Shown here one piece after another: positions 38,365-48,233 of a DNA stretch of 64,000 nt. The notes below the pieces were generated by a model, which saw nothing but the letters and a program-made list of their open reading frames with translations, did no database searches and was not told the origin of the DNA. Source of the stretch: Minisyncoccota bacterium (GTDB lineage Bacteria > Patescibacteriota > Minisyncoccia > UBA6257 > JAAZHW01); assembly GCA_035369485.1 (NCBI GenBank), contig DAOSMC010000001.1, positions 2,283 through 66,282 of the forward strand. The letters are read 5' to 3'. Every line of letters starts with the position of its first letter. The first letter of the stretch is position 1. Made by a program: the position numbers and the translations under genes.

Positions 38365-40238
38365 TGAAAAACATTCGTAATTTTGCCATCATTGCTCATA
38401 TTGATCATGGAAAGTCAACTTTGGCTGATCGTTTTTTGGAGTTAACCGGCGCAATTGATAAAAGAAAAATGAAAGATCAGTTTTTAGACCGTATGGATTT
38501 AGAAAGAGAACGAGGAATAACTATTAAAATGCAGCCAGTTCGGATGATTTATCGTTCTAGAACAAATTCCGAATATATTCTTAATTTAATTGATACCCCC
38601 GGTCATGTAGATTTTAGTTATGAGGTTTCTCGAAGTCTGGCGGCGGTGGAAGGAGCGATTCTTTTAGTTGATGCAACGCAGGGTATTCAAGCGCAAACAA
38701 TGGGCAATTATCAATTAGCTAAAAAACAAGAACTCACTATTATTCCAGTCATTAATAAGATAGATTTACCTAATGCCCAAATTGAAGAGGTAGAAAAACA
38801 AATTATGGATTTATGCGGTATTAGCCAAAAAGAAATTTATAAGGTATCAGCTAAAACAGGCGAAGGGGTTGAAGAATTGCTTCAGGCAGTTATTGAAAAA
38901 ATTCCTTCACCAACTGAATCTGACAAAAAGCCTTTACGAGCGCTTGTTTTCGATTCCATCTACGATAATCATAGAGGCGTTATTTCTTATGTACGTATTG
39001 TTGATGGAGAAGTTAGAGGCGGTGAGACGGGTTTTTTGATGGCTTCGGAAACTCTTTTTAAAGTTGCTGAGGTGGGAATTTTTAGGCCTTGGTTAGAGAA
39101 AACAGAAATTCTTTCGAGTGGGGAAATAGGATATATTGTGACAGGACTAAAAGAACCTGTGAAGGTGAGAGTAGGAGATACAATAACAAAATTTAAAAAA
39201 TCTTCTCCTAGTTATAGTAGTGCAAATTCGAAAAATAAAAATGATAAAATAATTAAAGAAACGGGAAAAAATAAGTACTTATCAATTGCCGGAGTAGAAA
39301 GATTGCCGGGGTATAAAGAGCCAGAACCAATGGTTTTTGCAAGCGTTTATCCAACATCAAATGAAAACATAACGACCCTCAAAAATGCTATTCAGAAATT
39401 AAAACTTAATGATCCTAGTTTGGTTTATAAAACAGAATTCTTTTCTGCTTTGGGTCAAGGATTTTGTTTGGGTTTTTTGGGATTGTTACATTTGGAAATT
39501 GTTAAAGAACGTTTGGAAAGAGAATATAAAGTAGATGTTATTTTTACTACACCCTCAGTCAATTATAAAGTAGTAATGAAAAATGGATTAGTTAAAGATG
39601 TTTTTCGGGCTTCGGATTTTCCAGTTCGCGATCAAATCGAAAAAATTTTAGAACCGTGGGTTCGCTTGGAAATTATTACGCCGTTGAATTTTGTTGGAGC
39701 CGTAATGCAATTGAAAGATCGGCACCGTTTAAATTATTTAACCACTCAATATTTAGGAACACTGATAATTTTAGTTTTCGAAGCCCCATTAAGCGAAATC
39801 ATTATTAATTTTTACGACAAATTAAAAAGCGCAACGGAAGGATATGCCTCAATGAGTTATGAATTTTTAGAATATCGCGAAGGAGATCTTGTTAAATTAG
39901 AGATTTTGTTAGCTGGCGATAAAGAAGAAAGTTTGGCAAAAATTGTTCACCGCCGTTTTTTAGAAGAAGAAGCGAGAAAAATGGTTGAAAAATTAAGAAG
40001 TGTTTTACCGCGCGAAAATTTTGCTGTTGCAATTCAGGCAGTAGCTGAAAATCGAATTATTGCTCGGGAGACTTTGCCTGCTTTAAAAAAAGATGTGACC
40101 GGTTATCTTTATGGAGGCGATCGCACTCGAAAAATGAAATTATGGAAAAAACAAAAAGAGGGAAAAAAGCGATTGAAGGAACGAGGAAAAATACGTCTTT
40201 CAACTAAAGCTTATTTGGATATTTTAAAAATGGAATAA
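38364..40238 (+). CDS. lepA: Elongation factor 4
   Basis: IRNFAIIAHIDHGKSTLADR, DTPGHVDF, LYGGDRTRKMKL. Confidence 0.97.
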   Translation: MKNIRNFAIIAHIDHGKSTLADRFLELTGAIDKRKMKDQFLDRMDLERERGITIKMQPVRMIYRSRTNSEYILNLIDTPGHVDFSYEVSRSLAAVEGAILLVDATQGIQAQTMGNYQLAKKQELTIIPVINKIDLPNAQIEEVEKQIMDLCGISQKEIYKVSAKTGEGVEELLQAVIEKIPSPTESDKKPLRALVFDSIYDNHRGVISYVRIVDGEVRGGETGFLMASETLFKVAEVGIFRPWLEKTEILSSGEIGYIVTGLKEPVKVRVGDTITKFKKSSPSYSSANSKNKNDKIIKETGKNKYLSIAGVERLPGYKEPEPMVFASVYPTSNENITTLKNAIQKLKLNDPSLVYKTEFFSALGQGFCLGFLGLLHLEIVKERLEREYKVDVIFTTPSVNYKVVMKNGLVKDVFRASDFPVRDQIEKILEPWVRLEIITPLNFVGAVMQLKDRHRLNYLTTQYLGTLIILVFEAPLSEIIINFYDKLKSATEGYASMSYEFLEYREGDLVKLEILLAGDKEESLAKIVHRRFLEEEARKMVEKLRSVLPRENFAVAIQAVAENRIIARETLPALKKDVTGYLYGGDRTRKMKLWKKQKEGKKRLKERGKIRLSTKAYLDILKME

Positions 40239-40367
40239 TGTTCAAGATAAATTTTTTATTCAGCATTAATTAGAAAAGCAATTAATGAAAATTAAAGCGA
40301 CAAGTAAGATTGGTTCGGAATAATTTTTCTTGTTTTTTTATTAGAACTTATTAAAATATAATAGAAC

Positions 40368-40751
40368 ATGGCTTGGAGATCCAAAATCCTTTTGGTTGTT
40401 TTATTTATAGTGGCATCTTTTACACTAATTTATTTTTATCATCAATTAACACTTGAAAAAAAACTTCAAGCTGACTACGAAGCAATTGTTCAGCGCGTAA
40501 ATGAACTTCAAAAAGAAAATGCTTTATTAGAAGATGAATTGGCAAAAATGGAAAATGAGGAAGAGCTAGAACGATTGGCTCGCGAATTATATGCGTTAAA
40601 AAAACCCGGGGAAAAAGCGATGATTATTCCCCAAGAAGTGATGGAAAAATTAATTGAGGATGATGCGATTCAAAATGTTTCCCCGCAAGCACCTTCCAAA
40701 ATTTCTCAATGGTTTCAAGAAATAAAACATTTTTTCGGTAATTTATTCTAA
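40368..40751 (+). CDS. Septum formation initiator (FtsB/DivIC family)
   Basis: TM helix, coiled coil, ERLARE..LKKPGE. Confidence 0.85.
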   Translation: MAWRSKILLVVLFIVASFTLIYFYHQLTLEKKLQADYEAIVQRVNELQKENALLEDELAKMENEEELERLARELYALKKPGEKAMIIPQEVMEKLIEDDAIQNVSPQAPSKISQWFQEIKHFFGNLF

Positions 40752-40781
40752 TTAATGATTAATAAATGTTGGCAGTGAAAT

Positions 40782-40852
40782 GCGAGAGTAGCACAGTGGC
40801 AGTGCGCTTGCTTCCCAAGCAAGATACGCGGGTTCGATTCCCGTCTCTCGCT
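40782..40852 (+). tRNA. tRNA-Gly(CCC)
   Basis: GCGAGAG/CTCTCGC acceptor stem, CTTGC-TTCCCAA-GCAAG anticodon arm, GGTTCGATTCC T arm. Confidence 0.95.
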
Positions 40853-40887
40853 CCTCAGCTGAGAGAAATGTTCTGCTGAAATTCTTT

Positions 40888-40960
40888 GCCGATGTAGCTC
40901 AATTGGCAGAGCAGTCCCTTCGTAAGGGAAAGGTTGTCGGTTCGACTCCGACCATCGGCT
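40888..40960 (+). tRNA. tRNA-Thr(CGT)
   Basis: GCCGATG/CATCGGC acceptor stem, TCCC-TTCGTAA-GGGA anticodon arm, GGTTCGACTCC T arm. Confidence 0.95.
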
Positions 40961-40991
40961 CTTTAAACAAATTCACTAAACTAAAAATTTT

Positions 40992-42128
40992 ATGAATGAT
41001 TTAAAATCGAAAATTCAAGAAATTCGCAATAATATTAAAAAATTGGAAAAAGAGATTGATTTAGAAAAAAAGAAATTAGAGCTGGAAGAATTGAATAAAA
41101 AAATGAGCCGGCCAGATTTTTGGAAAGTACCGGAAGAAACAGTTGATATTTTAAAGAGAGTCAAAGAATTAAAAGGTGAGATTAATTTTTGGATGGAACT
41201 AGAGAAAAAATTAGATGAAGTCGAAGATTTATCTGAATCAATTGATTCAGATAAATCTTCGGCCGACCTTGAAAATCAACTGATAAATTTAGAAAAGCAA
41301 ATTGAAGATAAAAAACTTGAAATTTTTCTTTCCGACCCTTATGACAAAAATGAGGCCATTATGATTTTAACAGCTGGCCAAGGCGGACGCGATGCGGAAG
41401 ATTTTTGTCGAATGCTTTTTAGGATGTATAGTAATTATTTTGCAAAGAAAAAATGGCCTTATCAAATATTATATCAGCATTTTTCAGAAGAGCCGGGTGG
41501 TTCTAAGGATGCGGGAGGAGAAATGGGTTTGAAGAATATTTCCTTAGAAATCAACACGCCTTATGCTTATGGTTTTTTGAAAAATGAGTCAGGCGTTCAT
41601 CGATTAGTTAGAATTTCTCCTTTTGATGCAAAAAAACAGCGTCACACTTCTTTTGTTTTAGTGGAAGTTTTGCCGCAAATAGAAGAAATTGATTTAAAAG
41701 ACATTGAATTAAGAGATGAAGATTTAAAAATAGAATTTATGCGTTCATCAGGTCCAGGTGGTCAGAATGTTAATAAAAGAGAAACGGCTGTGAGAATAGT
41801 GCATTTGCCTACAGGATTAATGGCCGTTTGTCAATCAGAGCGTTCACAGCAGCAAAATAGAGAAAAAGCGCTTCATCTTCTAAAATTGAAAATTTTTAAC
41901 GCTTTACAGCAACAAAAAGAAACAGAACGAAAGAATTTACGAAAACGCATAGAGCCATCCTGGGGAAATCAAATTCGCAATTATGTTTTGCAGCCTTATA
42001 AATTAGTGAAGGATTTACGAACTAATGTTGAAACTTCTAATATAGACGCTGTTCTTGATGGCGAAATAGATAATTTTATAAAAGCAGAAATGTTATTAAA
42101 TTTAAACCCTTCTTCTAAGAGAAAATAG
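40992..42128 (+). CDS. prfB: Peptide chain release factor 2 (no frameshift)
   Basis: GVHRLVRISPF (SPF), GPGGQ, WGNQIRNYV. Confidence 0.96.
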   Translation: MNDLKSKIQEIRNNIKKLEKEIDLEKKKLELEELNKKMSRPDFWKVPEETVDILKRVKELKGEINFWMELEKKLDEVEDLSESIDSDKSSADLENQLINLEKQIEDKKLEIFLSDPYDKNEAIMILTAGQGGRDAEDFCRMLFRMYSNYFAKKKWPYQILYQHFSEEPGGSKDAGGEMGLKNISLEINTPYAYGFLKNESGVHRLVRISPFDAKKQRHTSFVLVEVLPQIEEIDLKDIELRDEDLKIEFMRSSGPGGQNVNKRETAVRIVHLPTGLMAVCQSERSQQQNREKALHLLKLKIFNALQQQKETERKNLRKRIEPSWGNQIRNYVLQPYKLVKDLRTNVETSNIDAVLDGEIDNFIKAEMLLNLNPSSKRK

Positions 42129-42259
42129 AAAATTTTAGATTTCTCTGTTTACGGATGGACGACTGAGTAAGCAAAGTTTAGATTTGCGCGTTTAATTTTA
42201 AATATTTATTGTTTTTTGATTTGCAAAAATATTCTTGAAGTGCTAAAATAAATATTAAT

Positions 42260-42952
42260 ATGAATGAAGAGTTGGTTTATTTTCAAAATGTGACAAAAGT
42301 GTATAATAGTCATACAGTAGCCCTTGATAATATCAATATCAAGATAATGCGAGAAGAGTTTGTGGCTATTGTGGGAAAATCGGGCGCTGGAAAATCGACG
42401 CTTCTCAAATTGTTAATTGGCGAAGAGAAGCCTACAAAAGGAAGAATATTTTTTGAAAAACAAGATGTTTCTCGTTTATCATATAAAGAATTACCTCAGT
42501 TGCGCAGGCAGATAGGTATGATTTTTCAGGACTTTAAGCTTTTACCAGATAAAACTGCTTTTGAAAATGTAGCTTTTGCGTTGGAAGTAGCTGGTTATCG
42601 TCCTAAAGAAATTAAAGAAACCGTTCCTCAGATGCTCGAACTCGTAGGATTAAAGAATAAAATTTTTAATTTTCCTCATGAATTATCGGGTGGAGAAAAA
42701 CAGCGAGTAGCTATTGCTCGTGCGCTTATCAACAAACCTGACCTTTTAATTGCCGACGAGCCAACAGGCAATTTAGATCCTATTAATACTGCCGAAATTA
42801 TTAAACTTTTACTTAAAATTAATGAATTAAAAACAACGGTTATTTTGGCAACGCATAATAAAAATGTAGTGGATATGCTGAATACGCGAGTGATTTCTTT
42901 AGATAATGGTCGAGTTATTCGTGATGAGGAAGAAGGTCAATTTATTATTTAA
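42260..42952 (+). CDS. ftsE: Cell division ATP-binding protein FtsE
   Basis: GKSGAGKST, IFQDFKLL, LSGGEKQRV; upstream of ftsX. Confidence 0.93.
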   Translation: MNEELVYFQNVTKVYNSHTVALDNINIKIMREEFVAIVGKSGAGKSTLLKLLIGEEKPTKGRIFFEKQDVSRLSYKELPQLRRQIGMIFQDFKLLPDKTAFENVAFALEVAGYRPKEIKETVPQMLELVGLKNKIFNFPHELSGGEKQRVAIARALINKPDLLIADEPTGNLDPINTAEIIKLLLKINELKTTVILATHNKNVVDMLNTRVISLDNGRVIRDEEEGQFII

Positions 42953-42958
42953 AGATCT

Positions 42959-43867
42959 ATGTTTGTATTTTTAGCGAGGATTATCAAGTATGGTTTTCAA
43001 AGTTTTTGGCGCAATGGTTTATTGTCTAGTGCGACAGTAGCCATTATGACCTTAACGCTTCTTTTGTGTTCTGGATTAATCATTTTTGGCAATGCCGGAA
43101 ATGTTGTTTTGCAAAGTCTAGAAAGTAAAATTGACGTTAGCGTTTATTTTAAAACTAATGTTGGTGAAAATCAGATTTTAGCCATTAAAAAAAATATTGA
43201 ACAATTAGATGAGGTGGCTAGTGTCGAATACATATCTCAAGAAGATGCTCTTGCGACTTTTAAAGAAAGACATAAAGACGATCCCGTTATCATTCAATCT
43301 TTAGAAGAGCTCGGTTATAATCCTTTATCTGCCTCTTTAAACATTAGAGCTAAAAATCCACGCAATTACGAGGGTATTGCAAATTACTTGGAAAAAGAAA
43401 TTCCTTCTGAATTTATTGATAAAATTAATTATAGTCAGAATCAGATTATTATTGATCGTTTAAACAAAATTATAAGCGCTTTTCAAACAGGTGGATTGAT
43501 TGCAGTTGGCGTTTTGGCTTTGGTTGCTTTTTTGATCACTTTTAATACAATTCGTTTGGCTATTTATTCTAACAGAGAATCCATAGGTATTATGCGATTA
43601 GTAGGTGCTTCGGGTTCGCTAATCCGAGGGCCTTATGTAGTAGAAGCTTTCATTATTGCGTTAGCTTCTACAATATTATCTTCGATTTTACTTATTCCTA
43701 TTTTGTATTCTATTGCGCCTTACTTTAATAATTTTATTCCTGAATTTAATATTATTGAATATTTCTGGAGTCATTTCTTTTATCTTTTTGGTATTCAATT
43801 TCTTGTTGGCTTGGCTTTGGCTATTCTTTCTAGTGTTATTGCTATTAGAAAATATCTGAAAGTATAG
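42959..43867 (+). CDS. ftsX: Cell division permease FtsX
   Basis: NPL, NTIRLAIY, IMRLVGAS. Confidence 0.93.
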   Translation: MFVFLARIIKYGFQSFWRNGLLSSATVAIMTLTLLLCSGLIIFGNAGNVVLQSLESKIDVSVYFKTNVGENQILAIKKNIEQLDEVASVEYISQEDALATFKERHKDDPVIIQSLEELGYNPLSASLNIRAKNPRNYEGIANYLEKEIPSEFIDKINYSQNQIIIDRLNKIISAFQTGGLIAVGVLALVAFLITFNTIRLAIYSNRESIGIMRLVGASGSLIRGPYVVEAFIIALASTILSSILLIPILYSIAPYFNNFIPEFNIIEYFWSHFFYLFGIQFLVGLALAILSSVIAIRKYLKV

Positions 43868-44024
43868 AGCAATATCAGAAGTTGAATATTTCTAATTGAG
43901 AGGATAAGAGATTAAAATAAAAATATAAAATATGCCATTGTTATTAGAAATAGTCTAATGGAAAACACAAGACTTTTTTAAATCTTGTCCGCTCTTTTAA
44001 ACTTCAACTTTAAATTTTGATTTT

Positions 44025-44095
44025 TGCGGGGTCGTCTAATGGTAGGACACGGCGCTCTGGACGCCGGTATCTTGGTTCGAATCCAAGCCCCGCAG
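44025..44095 (+). tRNA. tRNA-Gln(CTG)
   Basis: TGCGGGG/CCCCGCA acceptor stem, CGGCG-CTCTGGA-CGCCG anticodon arm, GGTTCGAATCC T arm. Confidence 0.95.
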
Positions 44096-44238
44096 CTTTG
44101 GAAAGAACGTGAAGAAAATCGGAGAATTACTTAGTTTGGCCGAAAAGAAAAAATTGATGTATATACTCAAAATTTTAGCGATAAAATCTTACACTTTTTG
44201 TTTGCGCTGAGGAATTTTATTTTTATAATAATATTTAG

Positions 44239-44820
44239 ATGAGTAAGACGGTTAAAATTTTAATTTTATCGGACTTTATTATTATTTCAGCCTTCGGTTT
44301 TTTAAATCCTATTTTTGCGCTTTTTCTTACTGATAAAATTGCTGGCGGAACAATTGAGACTGTTGGTTATGCAACAGCTTTTTATTGGGTAGCAGCTGTG
44401 CTGGTGCGTTTACCATTGGCTCGACGTGTAGATAGTACTAAATCCGAAAAGGACGATTTCTATTTTATGATTCTTGGTTCTATCCTAATTTCATTAGTTC
44501 CATTTTTGTATATATTTAGTACTCAAATCTGGCATATTTATCTTATTCAGGCTCTTTATGGATTAGGGTATTCTTTGCGATTACCCGGTTGGTATGCAAT
44601 GTTTAGTCGACATATGCGAAAAGGAAGAGAGGGATACGAATGGAGTGTTAATAGTATGGTAGCGGGACTGGGTTCAGCAATTACCGCAGCGCTGGGTGGT
44701 GTATTGGTGGGACGACTGGGATTTGATGTGCTTTTTCTTTTTATTGGACTGCTGAGCGTTTTTGGTTCTATTGTTTTGGTTTTTTTGTATTACATATTAG
44801 AGCCAAATCACCATGTTTAA
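44239..44820 (+). CDS. Half-size (6-TM) MFS-like membrane protein
   Basis: MFS-type helices, degenerate motif A LARRVD, only 193 aa. Confidence 0.7.
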   Translation: MSKTVKILILSDFIIISAFGFLNPIFALFLTDKIAGGTIETVGYATAFYWVAAVLVRLPLARRVDSTKSEKDDFYFMILGSILISLVPFLYIFSTQIWHIYLIQALYGLGYSLRLPGWYAMFSRHMRKGREGYEWSVNSMVAGLGSAITAALGGVLVGRLGFDVLFLFIGLLSVFGSIVLVFLYYILEPNHHV

Positions 44821-45050
44821 TTTAAATTAAGGTTATCAATAGAAAATGCATGTTTAGATTGAGGCGAAAAGTAGTTGAATTTAAAACATATTCATTTTCA
44901 TTGTTTTTATTCTATTCGGAGAATTAAATTCGCGGACTTTAGAAGGAAATAGGGAATTAATAAAAAATTAGCCATTTTTTATTTGCTTTAGTTTTTGGAA
45001 TTACAGATTAATTATAGTATAATTTATTTAGTCGATAAAAAATATTGAGT

Positions 45051-45809
45051 ATGAAGGATTTTTTACAAAAAATTACTATAGATGGTAGGGCGATGTATTT
45101 GGCTTATGATCATGGTTTTGAGCATGGACCAATAGACCTTCCCAACCAATCAATAAACCCAGATTATATTTTAAATATTGCTGTTGAGGGTGGTTATAAT
45201 GCGATTATTCTTCAAAGGGGGTTAGCTGAAAAATATTATACCGGTACTAAATATCAAAAACAGATTCCTTTAATTTTAAAAATTAATGGGAAAGCTAATA
45301 TCTGGCAAGGCGGTGACGTTTATTCTTATCAAAATTGTTCTGTTAAATATGCAAAAACGTTAGGAGCGAGCGCAGTGGGTTATACTATTTATTTGGGTTC
45401 TGCTCACGATGGAAAAATGTTTTCTGATTTTGGAAAGATAGTTGAAGAGGCGCATCAACTAAACATGGCAGCAATTGCTTGGGTTTATCCTCGCGGCGAA
45501 TTTGTTAAAGATGAAGTTTCAAAAGAAATTACGGCTTATGCTGCCCGAATAGGTTTAGAGTTAGGAGCGGATATGGTGAAAATAAAATATTCTGGTTCCA
45601 AAGAAAATTTTGCATATGCAGTGAAGGCGGCTGGCAAAACAAAAGTAGTTTTATCTGGCGGTCCTAAAGTGAATGATGAGGAATTTTTACAAATAACAAA
45701 AGACGTGATGGCAGCAGGTGCTAGCGGTGTAGCGGTTGGAAGAAATGTGTGGCAGCATAGTGAACCTCTAAAAATAACGAAGAAAATAAAAGAGATAATT
45801 TTTAGTTAG
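45051..45809 (+). CDS. Class I (DhnA/archaeal-type) fructose-bisphosphate aldolase
   Basis: AYDHGFEHGP, YPRG, ELGADMVKIKY, SGG, GRNVWQ. Confidence 0.92.
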   Translation: MKDFLQKITIDGRAMYLAYDHGFEHGPIDLPNQSINPDYILNIAVEGGYNAIILQRGLAEKYYTGTKYQKQIPLILKINGKANIWQGGDVYSYQNCSVKYAKTLGASAVGYTIYLGSAHDGKMFSDFGKIVEEAHQLNMAAIAWVYPRGEFVKDEVSKEITAYAARIGLELGADMVKIKYSGSKENFAYAVKAAGKTKVVLSGGPKVNDEEFLQITKDVMAAGASGVAVGRNVWQHSEPLKITKKIKEIIFS

Positions 45810-45839
45810 TTAATCCACATTTTAAGTTAGCAAGACCAC

Positions 45840-45867
45840 TTGACTTTATTTAAAATTGGAATAAAAT
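45840..45867 (+). promoter_or_regulatory. Probable promoter of the tuf-S10 operon
   Basis: TTGACT-16 bp-TAAAAT. Confidence 0.5.
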
Positions 45868-45943
45868 TTCTATAAATTGAGAAATAAAAAGGCTTTGTCA
45901 TATTTTTATTACTCAATAGTCGATTAAAATAATTTTTAAAAAA

Positions 45944-47143
45944 ATGGCAGAAAAAAAGAAATTTGAACGAAAAAAGCCACACGTTAATGTAGGAACCATT
46001 GGTCATATTGACCATGGAAAAACCACTTTAACGGCGGCTATTTTACACGTTTTAAGTTTTAAGGGTTTGGTTGAAAAAGTCGAAGGCGTTGATCAGATTG
46101 ATAATGCTCCGGAAGAAAAAGCACGAGGCATTACAATTGCTTTGCATCACTCAGAATACGAGTCAGAAAAAAGACATTATGCACATATTGATGCGCCAGG
46201 GCATGCTGATTATATCAAAAACATGATTACAGGTGCAGCTCAGATGGATGGTGCAATTTTGGTGGTTTCAGCCGCTGATGGTCCAATGCCTCAAACGCGA
46301 GAGCATATTCTTTTAGCGCGACAAGTTGGCGTACCGGCTATTATAGTTTTTCTTAACAAGATTGATCAAGTAAGCGACCCGGAATTAATTGATTTGGTTG
46401 AAAACGAAGTTCGAGAACTTTTAACAAAATATCAATTTCCAGGTAATGAAGTTCCGGTTATTCGTGGATCAGCGTTGGCAGCACTTAATGCCAAATCATT
46501 GGATGATCCAGCCTGTAAGCCCATTTTAGATTTAATTGAGGCAATGGATAATTATATTCCACAACCAGTTCGAGAAATTGATAAACCATTCTTAATGCCT
46601 ATTGAGGATATATTTTCTATTGAGGGGCGTGGAACAGTTGTAACAGGAAGAGTTGAAAGAGGTATTTTGAAAACAAATGAAGAGGTTGAAGTGGTTGGTT
46701 TAAGGCCGACAATTAAAACGGTAGTTACCGGTATTGAAATGTTTAATAAAACATTAGACGAAGCTCAAGCGGGTGATAATGTAGGAATTTTATTGCGTGG
46801 TTTGAAAAAAGAAGATGTAGAAAGGGGACAAGTAATTGCTAAACCAGGAACAGTGACGCCGCATACAGAATTTGAAGCAGAAGCTTATATTCTCACCAAA
46901 GAAGAAGGAGGTCGGCATACCCCATTTTTTACCGGTTATAAACCTCAATTTTATATTCGGACTACTGATGTAACAGGCGAGGTTACTTTACCTCAAGGAA
47001 TTGAAATGGTAATGCCGGGCGATAATGCTCATTTGATTGTAAAATTAATTGCACCGGTGGCATTGGAAGAACAACAGCGTTTTGCTATTCGCGAGGGTGG
47101 CAGAACTGTAGGCGCGGGCGTTGTTTCAAAAATTATTAAATAA
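45944..47143 (+). CDS. tuf: Elongation factor Tu
   Basis: [34 protein letters not shown]. Confidence 0.99.
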   Translation: MAEKKKFERKKPHVNVGTIGHIDHGKTTLTAAILHVLSFKGLVEKVEGVDQIDNAPEEKARGITIALHHSEYESEKRHYAHIDAPGHADYIKNMITGAAQMDGAILVVSAADGPMPQTREHILLARQVGVPAIIVFLNKIDQVSDPELIDLVENEVRELLTKYQFPGNEVPVIRGSALAALNAKSLDDPACKPILDLIEAMDNYIPQPVREIDKPFLMPIEDIFSIEGRGTVVTGRVERGILKTNEEVEVVGLRPTIKTVVTGIEMFNKTLDEAQAGDNVGILLRGLKKEDVERGQVIAKPGTVTPHTEFEAEAYILTKEEGGRHTPFFTGYKPQFYIRTTDVTGEVTLPQGIEMVMPGDNAHLIVKLIAPVALEEQQRFAIREGGRTVGAGVVSKIIK

Positions 47144-47163
47144 CTAGCTCTTTTGGAACTGCA

Positions 47164-47487
47164 ATGTCTAAATCAAATGAAAACCAACAGAAAATAAGAA
47201 TTAAGTTAAAAGCTTATGATCATAAGGTGCTAGATAATTCTTGTAAACAAATTTTTGAAACAGCTAATCGTTACGTGAAAGATATTATTGGGCCTATTCC
47301 CTTGCCGACAGAAATCAAACGCTATACTGTTAATCGTTCGACGTTCATTGATAAAAATTCTCGAGAGCAATTTGAAATTCGTATTCATAAAAGATTGATA
47401 GATATCCTCAACCCCAATCAGAAACTTATTGATGCCTTGATGAATCTTAATTTGCCGGCGGGGGTAGATATTGAAATTAAGATGTAG
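47164..47487 (+). CDS. rpsJ: 30S ribosomal protein S10
   Basis: [22 protein letters not shown]. Confidence 0.98.
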   Translation: MSKSNENQQKIRIKLKAYDHKVLDNSCKQIFETANRYVKDIIGPIPLPTEIKRYTVNRSTFIDKNSREQFEIRIHKRLIDILNPNQKLIDALMNLNLPAGVDIEIKM

Positions 47488-47502
47488 GTTTTTGGAGGAA
47501 AC

Positions 47503-47570
47503 AAATAAATGCCGGGTATGCTCTTTAGAGCCAGCAATGATTCTAAAGAGTTCCTCCCCGGCATTTATTT
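47503..47570 (+). promoter_or_regulatory. Long two-tier hairpin between rpsJ and rplC
   Basis: AAATAAATGCCGGG/CCCGGCATTTATTT outer stem and CTCTTTAGA/TCTAAAGAG inner stem. Confidence 0.6.
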
Positions 47571-47618
47571 ATCTAAAATATTGATAAAAAATAATTTATT
47601 TTTAAAATATCAGACAAT

Positions 47619-48230
47619 ATGACTAAATTTATACTGGCTCAAAAAATAGGAATGACTCAAATTTATCAAGATGATAAAGCAATTCCCGTAACCGCACTGG
47701 AAGCCGGACCAGTTGTTGTTTCTCAAATTAAAAAGCAAGACAGAGATGGTTATTATGCTATTCAAGTAGGATTTGGAAAAAAAAGAAATCTATCAAAAGC
47801 AGTGAGAAATCATCTAAAAGGATTAGGAGATCTGCGCTGGTTGAAAGAATGTAAAATAACAAAAGAAGAGGCAGATGCTTTTAAACGAGGCGATAGAATC
47901 GATGTCTCTGTTTTTAAGGAAGGAGAAAAGGTGAAAATTATTGGCACGAGTAAAGCTAAGGGATTTCAGGGCGTTGTCAAAAGACACGGATTTCATGGTG
48001 GCCCCAAAAGTCATGGGCAAAAAGATCGTTTACGAGCGCCGGGATCCATTGGCGCAACTCACCCTCAACATGTATTAAAAGGGAAAAAAATGGCCGGTCG
48101 AATGGGTGGCAATCGGATAACTTTGAAAAATGTTAAGATTGTTAAAATTATACCGGAAAAAAATATTATTTGTGTAAAAGGAGCGATTCCTGGAAAAAGA
48201 GGCGAATTAGTCCAAATTTTATCAGAATAA
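47619..48230 (+). CDS. rplC: 50S ribosomal protein L3
   Basis: KIGMTQ, KGFQGVVKRH, RAPGSIG. Confidence 0.98.
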   Translation: MTKFILAQKIGMTQIYQDDKAIPVTALEAGPVVVSQIKKQDRDGYYAIQVGFGKKRNLSKAVRNHLKGLGDLRWLKECKITKEEADAFKRGDRIDVSVFKEGEKVKIIGTSKAKGFQGVVKRHGFHGGPKSHGQKDRLRAPGSIGATHPQHVLKGKKMAGRMGGNRITLKNVKIVKIIPEKNIICVKGAIPGKRGELVQILSE

Positions 48231-48233
48231 AGT

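Noticed and set aside
42152-42195. tRNA-like GGATGGACGACTGAGT stretch after prfB
   Set aside because: No anticodon stem, T arm or acceptor pairing could be built
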